Notes: generated by a model not told the origin, from the sequence alone. 64,000 bases of DNA from Pirellulales bacterium (GCA_963725485.1 CAVRYO010000006.1:2573-66572); one strand, 5' to 3'; positions 20,792 through 31,919 are shown, numbered from the stretch's first letter. Numbers and translations: made by a program.

Positions 20792-21640
20792 CTAGAATTC
20801 TGACTTGTGGCACGCGGCCGGCAACGACTCCACGATATCCCGCATGGTCCAGGTTCGATTTTCAATCCCGATGTAGCGGGCCGGCGTGGTTTTCAACGTC
20901 ATGTGCTTCCGCACAAAGTTGTGGTGCATGAAGTCGAGAGCGATTGAATAGGCGAGGTTCTCGGCCTTCTTGCTGAACGCATTTGTGAGCCGAGTGAAGC
21001 GGCGATTCTTCATTCGGATGTTCAGATTTTGGCATCGGCGTAGGCGGTGGACACGAGCGCCATATCCGGGTTGCCATCGACCTGGCGCTTCTTCGTGCCA
21101 AGGCACTTGGCAGGGCTGTAGGCGCGTTCCGGGTTCTGATCCTGGCCGTACTGCTTAATCAGCATCGCGTAATCCACTTCCCCGCCAAGGTGGGTTTCAA
21201 TCGCATCGACGTAGACCCGGTTGCCGTCGCTGGTCAATTGGACGCGGTTCGCCAATCGCTCGGATAGATCGCCAATGAAGCGATGAGCGTTCGCGGCATC
21301 GCGTGCCCCGAGTTGCCACGACACCATCAACTTGCTTTCGGCATCCATCGCGGTCCAGGTCCACATGCTGCCGACGCCCGGCGCGCACCCGCATGTGTTC
21401 GGGCAGGTTCTTATCCTTGGCGTAGCAGAAGCACCAGATTTCATCCAGCTCCAAGCGGCGACAGGGCAGGTTGCGGAGAACGGCGTCCTGATATTCCAAG
21501 CATTGCTGGCCGACCTGCGCGAGCAACTTCAAGACGGTGTCTTTCGCCACGCCGGTCAGCCGAACCGTCGACCGGATCGAGCAGCCTTCAACCAGGGCCG
21601 AGATAACCGCGACGCGTTTTTCAGTCGTGAGAATGTTCAT
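20792..21640 (-). CDS. IS1-family DDE transposase (frameshifted)
   Basis: EGCSIRSTVRLTG HTH, ELDEIW, WTWTAMD, QLTSDG, RQNLNIRM..RRFTRLTNAFSKK, HNFVRKH. Confidence 0.88.
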
Positions 21641-21646
21641 GTCCAT

Positions 21647-21732
21647 ATTATGCGTGAGCGGTCACGGATTGTCAAGGGCTATGTAAAGAAGTAGTTTACT
21701 TCTTGACATGATAACTATTCTCGTGGTACAAG
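21647..21732. promoter_or_regulatory. Back-to-back sigma70-like promoters with palindromic operator
   Basis: Minus: TTGACA-17-CATAAT; plus: TTGACA-18-TACAAG; each -10 lies 6 nt before an ATG; IR AAGAAGTA-gtt-TACTTCTT at 21686-21704. Confidence 0.65.
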
Positions 21733-21738
21733 AACAGA

Positions 21739-22281
21739 ATGAGCAATGAAGAAAAGCCGCTTTTCGATAAAAGCCCGATTCATCCTGGCGAGCATCTAAG
21801 AGAACTGCTCGCGGAACGCGGATGGACGCAAGATGAGTTGGCGACCATTACGGGCCGATTGCGCCAGCAGATTATCGACATCGTTTCGGGGCGGCGAGGG
21901 ATTACTCCGGAAATGGCCGTTGCACTCGCGGCTGCCTTCAGCATGGACCCCGGCTACTGGCTTTCGATGGACAATGCGTACCGGCTGTCAACCGTCAAAG
22001 AATCAAAGGACGCGATCATGGAACGAGCGCGATTATTTGAGCTGGCCCCGATTAAGGACATGCAGAAGCGCGGATGGCTTCCAGCGACGAAGAACATTGA
22101 TGACCTGCCAAGACACCTGAAGGAGTTTTTTGAAACAGATTCGCTCGAAGGTCCAATTGAGTTCCCTGTTGCATTTCGGAAGTCGGCTAGGTTAGACGAC
22201 CTTACGCCCGCACAGCGTGCATGGTGTTTCCGCGCGAGACACCTAGCGAAGAGCCTCTGGCAATCCACGATGAACGGCTAA
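21739..22281 (+). CDS. higA: HigA-family XRE HTH protein (C-terminally truncated)
   Basis: IHPGEHLRELL..RGWTQDELA...GRRGITPEMAVAL...YWLSMDN, then MQKRGW and AW motifs; stops before a metallopeptidase HExxH. Confidence 0.8.
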   Translation: MSNEEKPLFDKSPIHPGEHLRELLAERGWTQDELATITGRLRQQIIDIVSGRRGITPEMAVALAAAFSMDPGYWLSMDNAYRLSTVKESKDAIMERARLFELAPIKDMQKRGWLPATKNIDDLPRHLKEFFETDSLEGPIEFPVAFRKSARLDDLTPAQRAWCFRARHLAKSLWQSTMNG

Positions 22282-22399
22282 AGCCCGACGATCAGCGAGA
22301 GGTTCCGTAAGATGGGGCTTGCATAACCATGTCCATTATCGACTCGTAACCCGGCATCAATGCACAGGCCAAATTCCGCTGTGCGCCGCGGAAAACCTG

Positions 22400-22670
22400 G
22401 ATAGAATAGCGGTCTTTTTCGGTCCCGTGCTGATTGGTGCGGCCGCGGGCGGTGTTGTCGGTGGTTTACGCGGGCGACCGAAAGCCGGTATAGGTTGGGG
22501 GATATTCGGCGGCATTGCCGGCGGCTTCATTGGTTTAGTCTTGAACCATTCTTTGGTGAGTGGACCGAATATCTACCCTGGCGGCGCCCTTCTTTGTCGG
22601 CGGTATTCTCATCGGATCGGTCCTTTGTGCGGCGGTTTTCGTGAGGCGGCTGGCTCCGAAAAATCCCTGA
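22400..22670 (+). CDS. Small Gly-rich membrane protein (IS passenger); boundaries uncertain
   Basis: FFGPVLIGAAAGGVVGG...WGIFGGIAGGFIGLV glycine-zipper helices. Confidence 0.4.
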
Positions 22671-22702
22671 TTTCAAACTGGCCCACTACCAGCGACGGCC
22701 GA

Positions 22703-23841
22703 TTAGCTCACGTGCTGCGCCAGAATCTGTGCGACAGCCATGCTTTCTTGGAAGACCGGGTCGAACTCCCGGTCGCAGAATTGACGGCTGGCGAGCTCGG
22801 CGATGCCCTCGGTTTTTGTGGTGAGCGTGCGGGGCGCGGCATCCTGACCTTCGGCAACGACCGAAAGTCGCTGGCCATTGTCGTCGTTGAAGACCAGCGC
22901 GCCACGAACGTCATTTATTGTGCAGGCGATTCGCATCCGCTGGACCACGGGCCGTCCGGAGGCCAGACGTTGAATTCGCAGCTTCAGCCGGCCGTGCGGA
23001 GCAACCACGGGCCAATTGATTTCGACGTTGTCGTGCACGTGGCCATCCTGAACTTGCCAACTCAGCTTGGATGCCAGCCAGCTCGCGAGTTGCCAGGCTT
23101 GGACGACGGCATGCGGACCATGCTCAACCGCCACCTCGGTGATCGACTCGATCGCGCCGGGCGCGGAGGCCGGCGCCAGTGATTGCCCGAGCATTCGTCG
23201 CCAATATTTCAAACGCCGCCAATTCAGATCAGAGACGACGCGCCGCCGTCCCAGCGTCCTTCTCGCTCGAATTTCGAAAGCCACGCGCCGGTCGCCGCCA
23301 CGGCTTTCGCGGGTTCGATCCAGCCGATGCTGTCGTACACGATTTGCTCGGCGTGTTCCGATAAATCGAACAAGAATGCTCCGCCATACGCCGGCGGCCG
23401 GCTGGCAGCCCACCAGAGATTCGTCGGCAAGTCGCCCAGCAGCAAGCCGCGAACGCAAAACGGCAAGCGATCGAGTCCCGCGCCGCGGCTCTTGAGAATC
23501 ACCTCTTCCGTGCAAATTCGCTGCTGTCCGCTGCCGACGCGGCACCAGGCCCGAACCCAAGCATCGACGCCGTCGACCCCCGGTTCCTTGTTGTCGAGAT
23601 CACCGATGAGAAACAACACCCGGGCCGGATGCACTGCGACAATCGCGGGAATCTCGGTCGCAATTTGCTCGGCCCGCGCGTCGGAGTCGCAAAACACAAC
23701 CAGGTTCGACATTCGAGCCAGATGTACCGCGTGTTCCGGCAATGCATCGCCCGGCATCAGTTGGCGCTGCAGCTCGTGCTCGACTTCGCGAATCGCCACC
23801 GGAACCGCTTCGCCGATAAACGACAGGGTGGCCGTGCTCAT
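22703..23841 (-). CDS. opcA: Glucose-6-phosphate dehydrogenase assembly protein OpcA (frameshifted)
   Basis: SNLVV, HPARV, ICTEEV, LLLGDLPTNLWW, DLNWRRL..WR; TGATG-coupled to zwf. Confidence 0.88.
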
Positions 23842-25443
23842 CAGAGAGTTCTCCACTGCCGGCCATCGGCTTCGATCAGCTTGTCAGCTTCCATCGGCCC
23901 CCAAGTGCCAGCCCGATATTCCGGCAAAGCTCGCACCCGGCTGGCTTGCCACGCTTCGATAATCGGCATCGCGAATTGCCAGGCGGTCTCGACCGCGTCG
24001 CGGCGCATGAACAGCGTGGCATCGCCCGCCATCACATCAAGGATCAATCGCTCGTAGGCTTCGGGCGTGGTGCCGCCAAAGCTCGAGCTGTAATTGAATT
24101 CCATCTTCACCGGATAAATGCGGGCTTTAGGACCCGGCAACTTCGAAACGATTCGCAGCGATAGCCCTTCTTCCGGTTGCACACGCAAAGACAAGACCGT
24201 CGGCTCCAACGGCACGTCGGGGTTGACGTTGAACAACACCTGCGGCACGGCGCGGAATTGAATCGCTACTTCGCTCGCCCGCTTCGGCATGTGCTTGCCG
24301 GTGCGAATGTAGAACGGCACGCCGGCCCAGCGCCAATTGTCGACAAACAGCCGCAGGGCGACGAAAGTTTCGGTCGTCGAATCGGCCGGGATCGGCTTCC
24401 GCAGCGCGCCGAAATAATCGTTGACTTCCTTGCGATAGCCGGGCACCCATTGCCCGCGCGATTCGCCCTGAATGTATTGCGCGAACCACGTTTCGATCGA
24501 CGTCGGCCTGTGCAATCGGGCGGAGACACCGCAACACCCCGATTTTGGCGTCGCGCTGCACGTTGGGGTCTAGCGACCACGGCGGTTCCATCGCGGCGAG
24601 ACAGAGCACCTGCAGGATGTGGTTCTGCACCATGTCGCGCAGCGCACCGACTCCTTCGTAATAACCGATCCGGCTCCCGAGCGCTTTGCCGTCGGCGTCG
24701 TACTGCGTCAGGCCTTCTTCTTCCGCGACGGTGATCTGCACGTGGTCGATGCAGTTGTTGTTCCAAATCGGCTCGAAGATGCTGTTGGCAAACCGCAGCA
24801 CCAACAGGTTCTGCACGGTTTCTTTGCCCAGATAGTGATCGATCCGGTAGGTTTGGCTTTCGTCGAAACCGGCGCCAACGGATTGGATCACCTGCCGAGC
24901 GCTTTCGAGGTCGTGACCAATCGGTTTCTCGACGATCACCCGCGTGAAGGAGTGGGACTCTTCGGGATCGGAAACCATTCCCGCGGCTTTGAGATGCTGG
25001 ATGCAGATCGGCACGAGATCGGGTGGAATCGAGAGATAGTAGACTCGCGCCGCGGGAATTCCGAATTGCTGATCGATCGATTCCAGCGCGGCCTTGAGTT
25101 GCTCGTAAGCCCGGGACTCGTTGAAGCTGCCGGGCACGAAAAACAGAGATCGCGAAAAATCGGCCCAGTGCGCTTCGTCGAGCGGTTGGCGGGAAAACTT
25201 GGTAATCCCGTCGCGAGCCCGAGCCCGAATGTACTCATTCGGATCGCCGCCGTCGTTGCTGTTGGTCAGGCCGAAGCCGACGGTGGCGAAATTCGCCGGA
25301 ATGAGACCATCGACGTTCAAGTTGTAAATGGCGGGCATTAATTTCCGCCACGAGAGATCGCCGCCCGCGCCGAAGATGACGAGCGTACACGGTTGCGGAT
25401 GCAACATCGAACTCGCGCTGTGCGCGAAGGGATTTTCTTGCAT
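23841..25443 (-). CDS. zwf: Glucose-6-phosphate 1-dehydrogenase (frameshifted)
   Basis: IFGAGGDL, EKPIG, RIDHYLGKE, RDMVQNH, RWAGVPFYIRTGK, AYERL. Confidence 0.95.
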
Positions 25444-25490
25444 GATCGATCCTGATTTCCCGTCGATTCCTCCCCCAACTTAGACGCTCG

Positions 25491-28041
25491 TCACTCCACG
25501 GGGCAAGGGCTCGCGTCCCAGACGTCGGCCGCATACTGGGCAATCGTGCGGTCGCTGGAGAATTTGCCCGAGGAACCGACGTTGACGATCACCTTGCGCG
25601 TCCAGGCGTCGGGATCGCGGTAAAGCTCGCCGAGCCGGAATTGAGCTGCGGTGTATGAAGTCAAATCGGCGAGATGCATGTAGTGGTCGCCGTTGGTGAC
25701 GAGGGTGTCCCAAATAGCCCGGAAAATGCCCGGCTCGCCGGGACTGAGACTCGTTGGAGGCGATCATGTCGAGCGCCCGCCGAGTTTCCGGCTCATGCTC
25801 GTAATGCCAGCGCGGGTCGTACCAGCCGCGCAATTCGTTGACTTGCTCGGCAGTGAGACCGAAGAAGAAGAAATTTTCTTCGCCGGCTTCTTCGGCCATC
25901 TCGATCGTGGCTCCGTCGCGCGTGGCGATGGTCAACGCGCCGTTCATCATAAACTTCATGTTGCTCGTGCCGCTCGCTTCATAGCCGGCCGTGGAAATCT
26001 GCTCCGACACATCCGCCGCGCGGACCAGGCGCTCGGCGAGGCTGACATTGTAATCCGGCAGATAGACGACTTTCAGCCGGCCTTTCATCGCTGGATCGGC
26101 AGCGATCACGGCGCCGACATTGTGGATCAACTTGATGATCAACTTGGCCAGAGTGTAAGCCGGGGCCGCCTTTCCGCCGAATAGGTATGTTCGCGGTGGG
26201 AGTTCGGCGTGCGGGTTCGACCGCAACTGGTTGTAGTGCACGATGATTTGCAACACGTTCAACAACTGCCGCTTGTATTCGTGAATCCGCTTGATCTGGC
26301 AATCGAAAATCGACGCCGGATCGACCGTTTGCCCATGAATGGTTCGCAGCCAATGAGCGAATTGCACTTTGGCGTCATGCTTGGCCTTGCGGACTGCCTC
26401 GCGAAATGAAGCGTCGTCGGCCAGGGGGATGATATTCCGCAGTTGGTCGAGATCAGTGATCCAACCGTCGCCGATCGCTTCGGTGATAATCTTGGCCAAG
26501 CCGGGATTCGCGTTCAGCAGCCAACGCCGCGGCGTAACGCCGTTCGTCTTGTTGTTGAACCGCTCGGAAAACATCTCGGCGAAATCCGGCACGACCGTCG
26601 ATTTCAGCAATTCCGTGTGAATCGCCGCGACGCCATTGGTGCTGTGCGTGCCGACGATCGCCAGATTAGCCATCCGCACCTTCCGCACCGGCCCCTCTTC
26701 GATCAGGCTCATCCGGCCGAGGCGCTGTGGTTCGTTCGGATAGCGCTGGCGCACATCGTCGAGCAAGCGGCGATTGATTTCATAGATGATTTCCAAGTGC
26801 CGCGGGAGCAACTGCTCGAATAGCTCGACCGGCCACCGCTCCAAGGCCTCGGGCAAAAGCGTGTGGTTGGTGTAGGCCAACGTGCGCGTGCAGAGATCCC
26901 ATGCCACATCCCAGGAGAGATACGCCTGTTCGAGCAGAATCCGCATCAACTCGGCCACGGCCAACGAGGGATGCGTGTCGTTGAGTTGGATGGCCACCTT
27001 ATCCGGCAGCGTGTGCCAATCCGGATTGCCGCTCTTGCGGAATCGCGACACGATGTCGTTCAGCGAACAGCAGACCAAGAAATATTCTTGGAGGAACCGG
27101 AGCGTGCGGCCTTCTTGCGTGGAGTCGTCGGGATACAGAACGCGCGTGAGCGAAGCGGCGCCGATATTTTCCAACACCGCGCCCACGACGTCCCCCGACG
27201 AAAAACCCGCGAAGTCGAAATTTTCGGGCGAGGTCGCCGACCACAGCCGCAACGTGTTGACGCACTTGCCGCCGTAGCCCACGATCGGCCGGTCATAGGC
27301 GATGCCTTGCAGGTGGCTCGGCTTGCCCGAGAGGAAACTAAGGCGACCTCCTTGGAGATGAATGGTTGCGCCCAGCGGCACTTTCTGGACCTTGCCCGGC
27401 CGGGCGACTTCCCAAGGATCGGGCCTGCGGAGCCAGTTGTCAGGCTGCTCGACCTGATAGCCGTTGCGGATTGTTTGCTTGAAAATTCCATATTCATAGC
27501 GCAGTCCGTAGCCCACGGCGGCATATTCCATCGACGCCAACGAATCGAGGAAGCAAGCGGCAAGTCGACCGAGGCCGCCGTTGCCCAATCCGGCGTCGGG
27601 CTCAAGCTCCGCCAGCTGATGAACGTCTAATTCCTCGCGCTCCAGCGCTTGCTGCACAAGCGGCTCGACCATCAGATTGACGATGTTGTTGGTCAACGTG
27701 CGGCCGATCAAAAATTCCATCGAGAGATAATAGATTCGCTTGGGGTTCTCACGCTCGCGAACCTGCCGCGTCTTCACCCAGCGATGCGCCAACAGGTCGC
27801 GGATAAACCGCGCGACCGCCTCGAACCGCTGCCGCGGCCGGGCCAACTCCGGCGACACCAGCTGCTCGCACAACAGATATCGAGAGCCCCAATCGCTGTG
27901 GCCATCCGCGAAGCCCAAGCGGCCGAGTCGTCGCTCGAGGGCAGAGCCATCGCCTGGATTGGTCGCCTGATTTGGGGCTTGGTTGGCGGCCTGGTCGGCC
28001 GACGGATTGGCTTTCGAAGTCGGGGGAATCGTGGCGCTCAT
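25491..28041 (-). CDS. glgP: Glycogen/starch/alpha-glucan phosphorylase (frameshift near 3' end)
   Basis: GLGNGGLGRL, QLNDTHP, YTNHT, KRIHEYKRQ, EASGTSNMK, FSSDRTI. Confidence 0.95.
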
Positions 28042-28471
28042 GGCGGCGCATCCTTATCGATGAAGGCGGGTGTGGAGAGCGGCAAATGAAGCCTGGGTCG
28101 TGAATTCGCCAACCACGAGGCACGATTCGCAATTCGCGATCAAATTGTTAGGCCAAGGCTGCTAGCTGGCCCGGAAAAATCAGCGTAATCCTTACGAGTG
28201 GGCGCACTGCGCGGAAATCATTAGCTTTTAGTGAGGGTGCGCGGAATACCGTCAATACCGCACTTTCAAAAACCCGTCGCTGTGGCCCGCCGAGGGAATC
28301 GAGACCGCGCAATGTACCGCCTCGACCGGATGCCTACTAGGGTCGACGCAGGGTGGATCAGCGGGCGGAACTTCAAGACCGCGCGCTGTGAATGGAGAAC
28401 AAGTAAAAAATCACGAGGCTTCTGAAAATTATTGCCGCCACTGCGCACCCGTGCGCGGCAGGGAGCATTTG

Positions 28472-28526
28472 CCAAATACGCCCCTCAGGAATCGATACCT
28501 GCGCAACCTGCGGATTAGAAGACTCC
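28472..28526 (-). repeat. Degenerate copy of tRNA-Arg 3' half (att site)
   Basis: CCAAATACGCCCCTCAGGAATCGATACCTGCGCAACCTGCGGATTAGAAG matches 32318-32364 with a few indels and substitutions. Confidence 0.85.
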
Positions 28527-28589
28527 GGGCACGACGCCGCAACCAATATACCCGTTTCGGAGTTGCGGCAACACGCGATCGGCGAGGTG

Positions 28590-28742
28590 CCCGCCGAGGT
28601 GCCGAGTCCGTCTGGGGCGACCTCTAGCCCCGACCTTCCGCCCGATCTGGCCCGCGTCGTCGATGCGTGGCCGCGTCTACCCGACGCCATCAAGGCCGGC
28701 GTTCTGGCGATGGTCCAAGCCACGGGAGACGCCCGTGCCTAA
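28590..28742 (+). CDS. Small att-adjacent protein (start uncertain)
   Basis: ...PDLPPDLARVVDAWPRLPDAIKAGVLAMVQATGDARA*; a motif I associate with planctomycete island ends. Confidence 0.5.
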   Translation, partial: PAEVPSPSGATSSPDLPPDLARVVDAWPRLPDAIKAGVLAMVQATGDARA

Positions 28743-29041
28743 CGCGTCTTTCAACGTCGTCGCCCACGTTCGCCGGTGCCGCGTTCCTGCACGGCACGCG
28801 GACGAACGGGCCAACGGCCGCAACCGTCGCGACGTGGGCCAACGTCGGGCGTTCGTTCACGCGAAAGGAAGGGCCGGCCGGCCTTAGGTACTTCCGGGCG
28901 ATCCCGGCGGCGGGCGGCCCGCGGGAACAGGCCCCATTAACAGCACAGTTTGTTTTGATTGTCCGAATTCTTTAGAGGATCAAATCCACTGATGTTTTGA
29001 AGCCGTTTTTGACGCAAACCACTTGAAGCGAGTACGTTGGA

Positions 29042-29284
29042 ATGAACATGATTTCTCGTCAGGATAGCGAATCGAATCGAGATAATTGCACGCGAAGAGT
29101 TCCAAACGAAACGAGCCGGGCAATCGCGTGGTATCACGAGGGAGAATCATGGAGAGTCGAGGTGGACGGCGTCGAGATATCCATTCGACTGGTCGCCCGG
29201 AAGGGTCGTAGGGCTCGGATCGCAATTGAAGCGCCGGCGGGTGCGATTTTCCGCTCACTTGGAGTCAATGGAGAGGGGTTCTAG
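29042..29284 (+). CDS. CsrA-like small protein
   Basis: AWYHEGESWRVEVDGVEISIRLVARKGRRARIAIEAPAGAIF. Confidence 0.65.
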   Translation: MNMISRQDSESNRDNCTRRVPNETSRAIAWYHEGESWRVEVDGVEISIRLVARKGRRARIAIEAPAGAIFRSLGVNGEGF

Positions 29285-29491
29285 CAGCGAATGGGGTTGC
29301 TGATGAACGGGGGCCTGCGATGGGATGCCGAGTCGGTTGGGCGAACTGTCGCGCCCACTCCCCCCATGTTTTGAACGACCAGCGCTAGTGTTTTTCAGGC
29401 CCGGGACATTGTTTCCCTTAGACCGTTCAGACACAATAACGCCGGCTAGCGGAAACCCGCCGCGCATCAATCGCAAAGGAATCGGTGTCGT

Positions 29492-30941
29492 ATGTCTATC
29501 TTCCGAAGAGCGTTCGCCGTCGTATTAGCCGTGGTTGTCGGAATGACTTTTTCGCCAGCGATCAGCGACGGGGCGGAGTTGGGCGAGAAAGAAGCACTGG
29601 AGCTGGCCACGGACGCATACATCTATGGCTACCCGCTTGTCACAATGGAATACACTCGGCGAGTGATGACGAACGTGGCCGAGCCCAAGGACAACCACGC
29701 TCCGATGGGCCAGTTCTATCTTTCCCGTACTTATCCCACCGCAGAATTTCGCGACGTGACGGCCCCTAACGCCGACACCTTGTATTCGTTTGCTTGGCTA
29801 GATTTGACCAAGGATGCCTATGTCCTGAGTCTGCCCGATCAGGATGATCGCTATTACCTCATGCCGATGCTCGATGCATGGACAAATGTGTTCGAGGTGC
29901 CTGGCACGCGCACAACCGGCACGAAGGCACAGGTCTACGCCATTACCGGTCCGGGCTGGAAGGGAGAACTTCCTAAGGGCGTCAAGGAAGTCAAGTCACC
30001 GACGAGCATGGTGTGGATTTTGGGCCGCACCTACTGCACGGGAACGAAGGAAGATTACAAGAAAGTCCATGAGCTACAGGCCGAATACAAAATCGTGCCG
30101 CTCAGTGCCTACGGCAAGGAATACACGCCACCGAAGGGCGAAGTAGATGACAAAATTGACATGAAGACGCCGGTCCGCAGCCAAGTCAACGCCCTCAAAG
30201 GGAGTGAATTCTTTGCGTTATTGGCAAAACTGATGAAAGACAATCCGCCGGTTGCGGCTGATGCGCCAATGGTCGAGAAGTTAAAAAAACTTGGTATCGT
30301 GCCGGGTAGTGACTTCGATCTCGGCGCGATTCCACCGGTTGTAAAAACGGCGCTGGAATCTGCGTCTGTACCCGGCCTGAAAGCAATCGAGGCGCACTTG
30401 AAGAAAGCCGGTAAGTACGTGAATGGCTGGGCCTATCCTTCCCCCGCCGGCGTTTACGGCACGGAATACCTTCAACGAGCGACCGTCACATTTTTCGGAT
30501 TGGGCTGCAACCGGACGAAAGACGCGGTTTACCCGACTTCCGAAGAGAATGCCGATGGCAAACCTTACGATGGAGCGAACAAATACACGCTAACTTTCGC
30601 CAAGGGAGAGTTACCGCCGGTCAACGGCTTTTGGTCGCTAAGGATCGGGGATTAAATAACGTCACAAGATTTCGCCCAAGTGGCCGAAACGGATGAAGAG
30701 CTATTTTTTCGTCGAGAACAAACTCGATCGCTACACGCTTAGCGAGCGGAACAAACTCACGAAAAACGAAGATGGCTCGGTGACGTTATATTTGCAGAAC
30801 GCCTCGCCTGGACCTGAAAAGGAGTCGAATTGGCTTCCTGCGCCAAAGGGCAAATTCGTCCTCATGATGCGGCTGTATTGGCCCAAAGAAAAAGCCCCAT
30901 CGATTATTGACGGCACCTGGGAGCCGCCGGCAGTCAAGTAG
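29492..30941 (+). CDS. DUF1254/DUF1214 exported protein (interrupted near 30640-30690)
   Basis: Signal peptide; AYIYGYPLV, PNADTLYS, WILGRT, PPVNGFWSL, SNWLPAP, MRLYWP. Confidence 0.88.
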
Positions 30942-31045
30942 TCGTCCTGTTCAGTGAATCCGATTTGAGATTCGTCGAATTGTAATCGTTTCTGCGAACA
31001 TTCGCGGAGATGAACTTGCTTTCGTTGAATTAGTGACAGGCCATA

Positions 31046-31138
31046 TCTGGTCCGCCTGTCCGCCGCCTTGGATCGCCGGGGCCGCACTCCGCTTCTCGGA
31101 GTCACCAGCACATACCACTGTGCTCAAGGTGCGCTCCG
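31046..31138 (+). promoter_or_regulatory. Conserved structured leader, copy 3 (directly before ParB ATG)
   Basis: Homologous to 8627-8719. Confidence 0.6.
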
Positions 31139-31477
31139 ATGAAGATTGAACTCTGGAAGCTCTCGCGGGTCAAGCCGTACCCGAACAATCCCCGCGTTAA
31201 CGATGACGCTGTGGACGCGGTCGTCGCGTCGATCCGCGAGTTCGGATTCCGTCAGCCGATCGTCGTCGATTCCGACGGCGTGATCATCGTCGGCCACACG
31301 CGCTGGAAGGCGGCGCAGAAGCTGGGCCTGGAAAAGGTGCCGGTCCACGTCGCCAAAGAACTGTCGCCGGAGCAGATCAAGGCGTACCGCATCGCCGACA
31401 ACAAGACGAACGAGTTGGCAGAATGGAATTACGAGTTGCTCCCCATCGAACTGGCTGACCTCCAGGTAGCGAACTAA
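31139..31477 (+). CDS. ParB/Srx N-terminal domain (truncated paralog of ParB-MTase)
   Basis: MKIELWKLSRVKPYPNNPRVNDDAV...GHTRWKAAQKLG...ADNKTNE, stops before the methylase domain. Confidence 0.85.
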   Translation: MKIELWKLSRVKPYPNNPRVNDDAVDAVVASIREFGFRQPIVVDSDGVIIVGHTRWKAAQKLGLEKVPVHVAKELSPEQIKAYRIADNKTNELAEWNYELLPIELADLQVAN

Positions 31478-31532
31478 AACCGCGTGCAACGTCAGGAGAA
31501 GTCCAACCGAAAGATGAACGCCCCCCGAAAGA

Positions 31533-31913
31533 TCAAGCAGCATGAATCCGAAAGAAATTGGCAATCTGTTGTTTGCTGATCTGTCCTTGGACTGTTTGCA
31601 GCACAATGTCAACCAATGCCTCGTCAGTAATCTCGATCGAATGTCCGTTGGTTTCCAGAAACACCAATGCCGCTTCCAGCCCCACACGTTTGTTGCCGTC
31701 GATGAAGGGATGGTTCTTGACCAAATGAAACAAGTAGGCCGCAGCCATCTCGAAATCGTCGGCGTGCAGGTACTGGCCGCCAAACATTGCCGCAGGCTGC
31801 GCCAGTGCGGATTCGAGCAGTCCGACGTCCCGAATGCCGTCACTGCCGCCGTATAGTGCGATCTGCTCGGCGTGCGATTCCAGCACGTCGTCCAGCGTGA
31901 GGAACTGAGTCAT
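31533..31913 (-). CDS. doc: Doc/Fic family toxin
   Basis: GIRDVGLLESAL, NHPFIDGNKR Fic motif. Confidence 0.93.
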   Translation of the reverse strand: MTQFLTLDDVLESHAEQIALYGGSDGIRDVGLLESALAQPAAMFGGQYLHADDFEMAAAYLFHLVKNHPFIDGNKRVGLEAALVFLETNGHSIEITDEALVDIVLQTVQGQISKQQIANFFRIHAA

Positions 31914-31919
31914 GCGTCC

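Larger units (their letters stand above)
20771..22690 (-). mobile_element. Complete IS1-family element carrying passenger genes
   Basis: Perfect 18-bp IRs GGTAGTGGGCCAGTTTGA (20771-20788) / TCAAACTGGCCCACTACC (22673-22690); 8-bp TSD AGCGACGG (20763-20770, 22691-22698). Confidence 0.92.

Noticed and set aside
22703-28041. Apparent pseudogenisation or programmed frameshifting of opcA, zwf, glgP and many other genes
   Set aside because: Single-base indels hit core and accessory genes alike with no slippery motifs; best explained by long-read consensus error.
28472-28530. Second tRNA gene
   Set aside because: Only the 3' half is present, with indels, and there is no D-arm or 5' acceptor strand; it is an att remnant.
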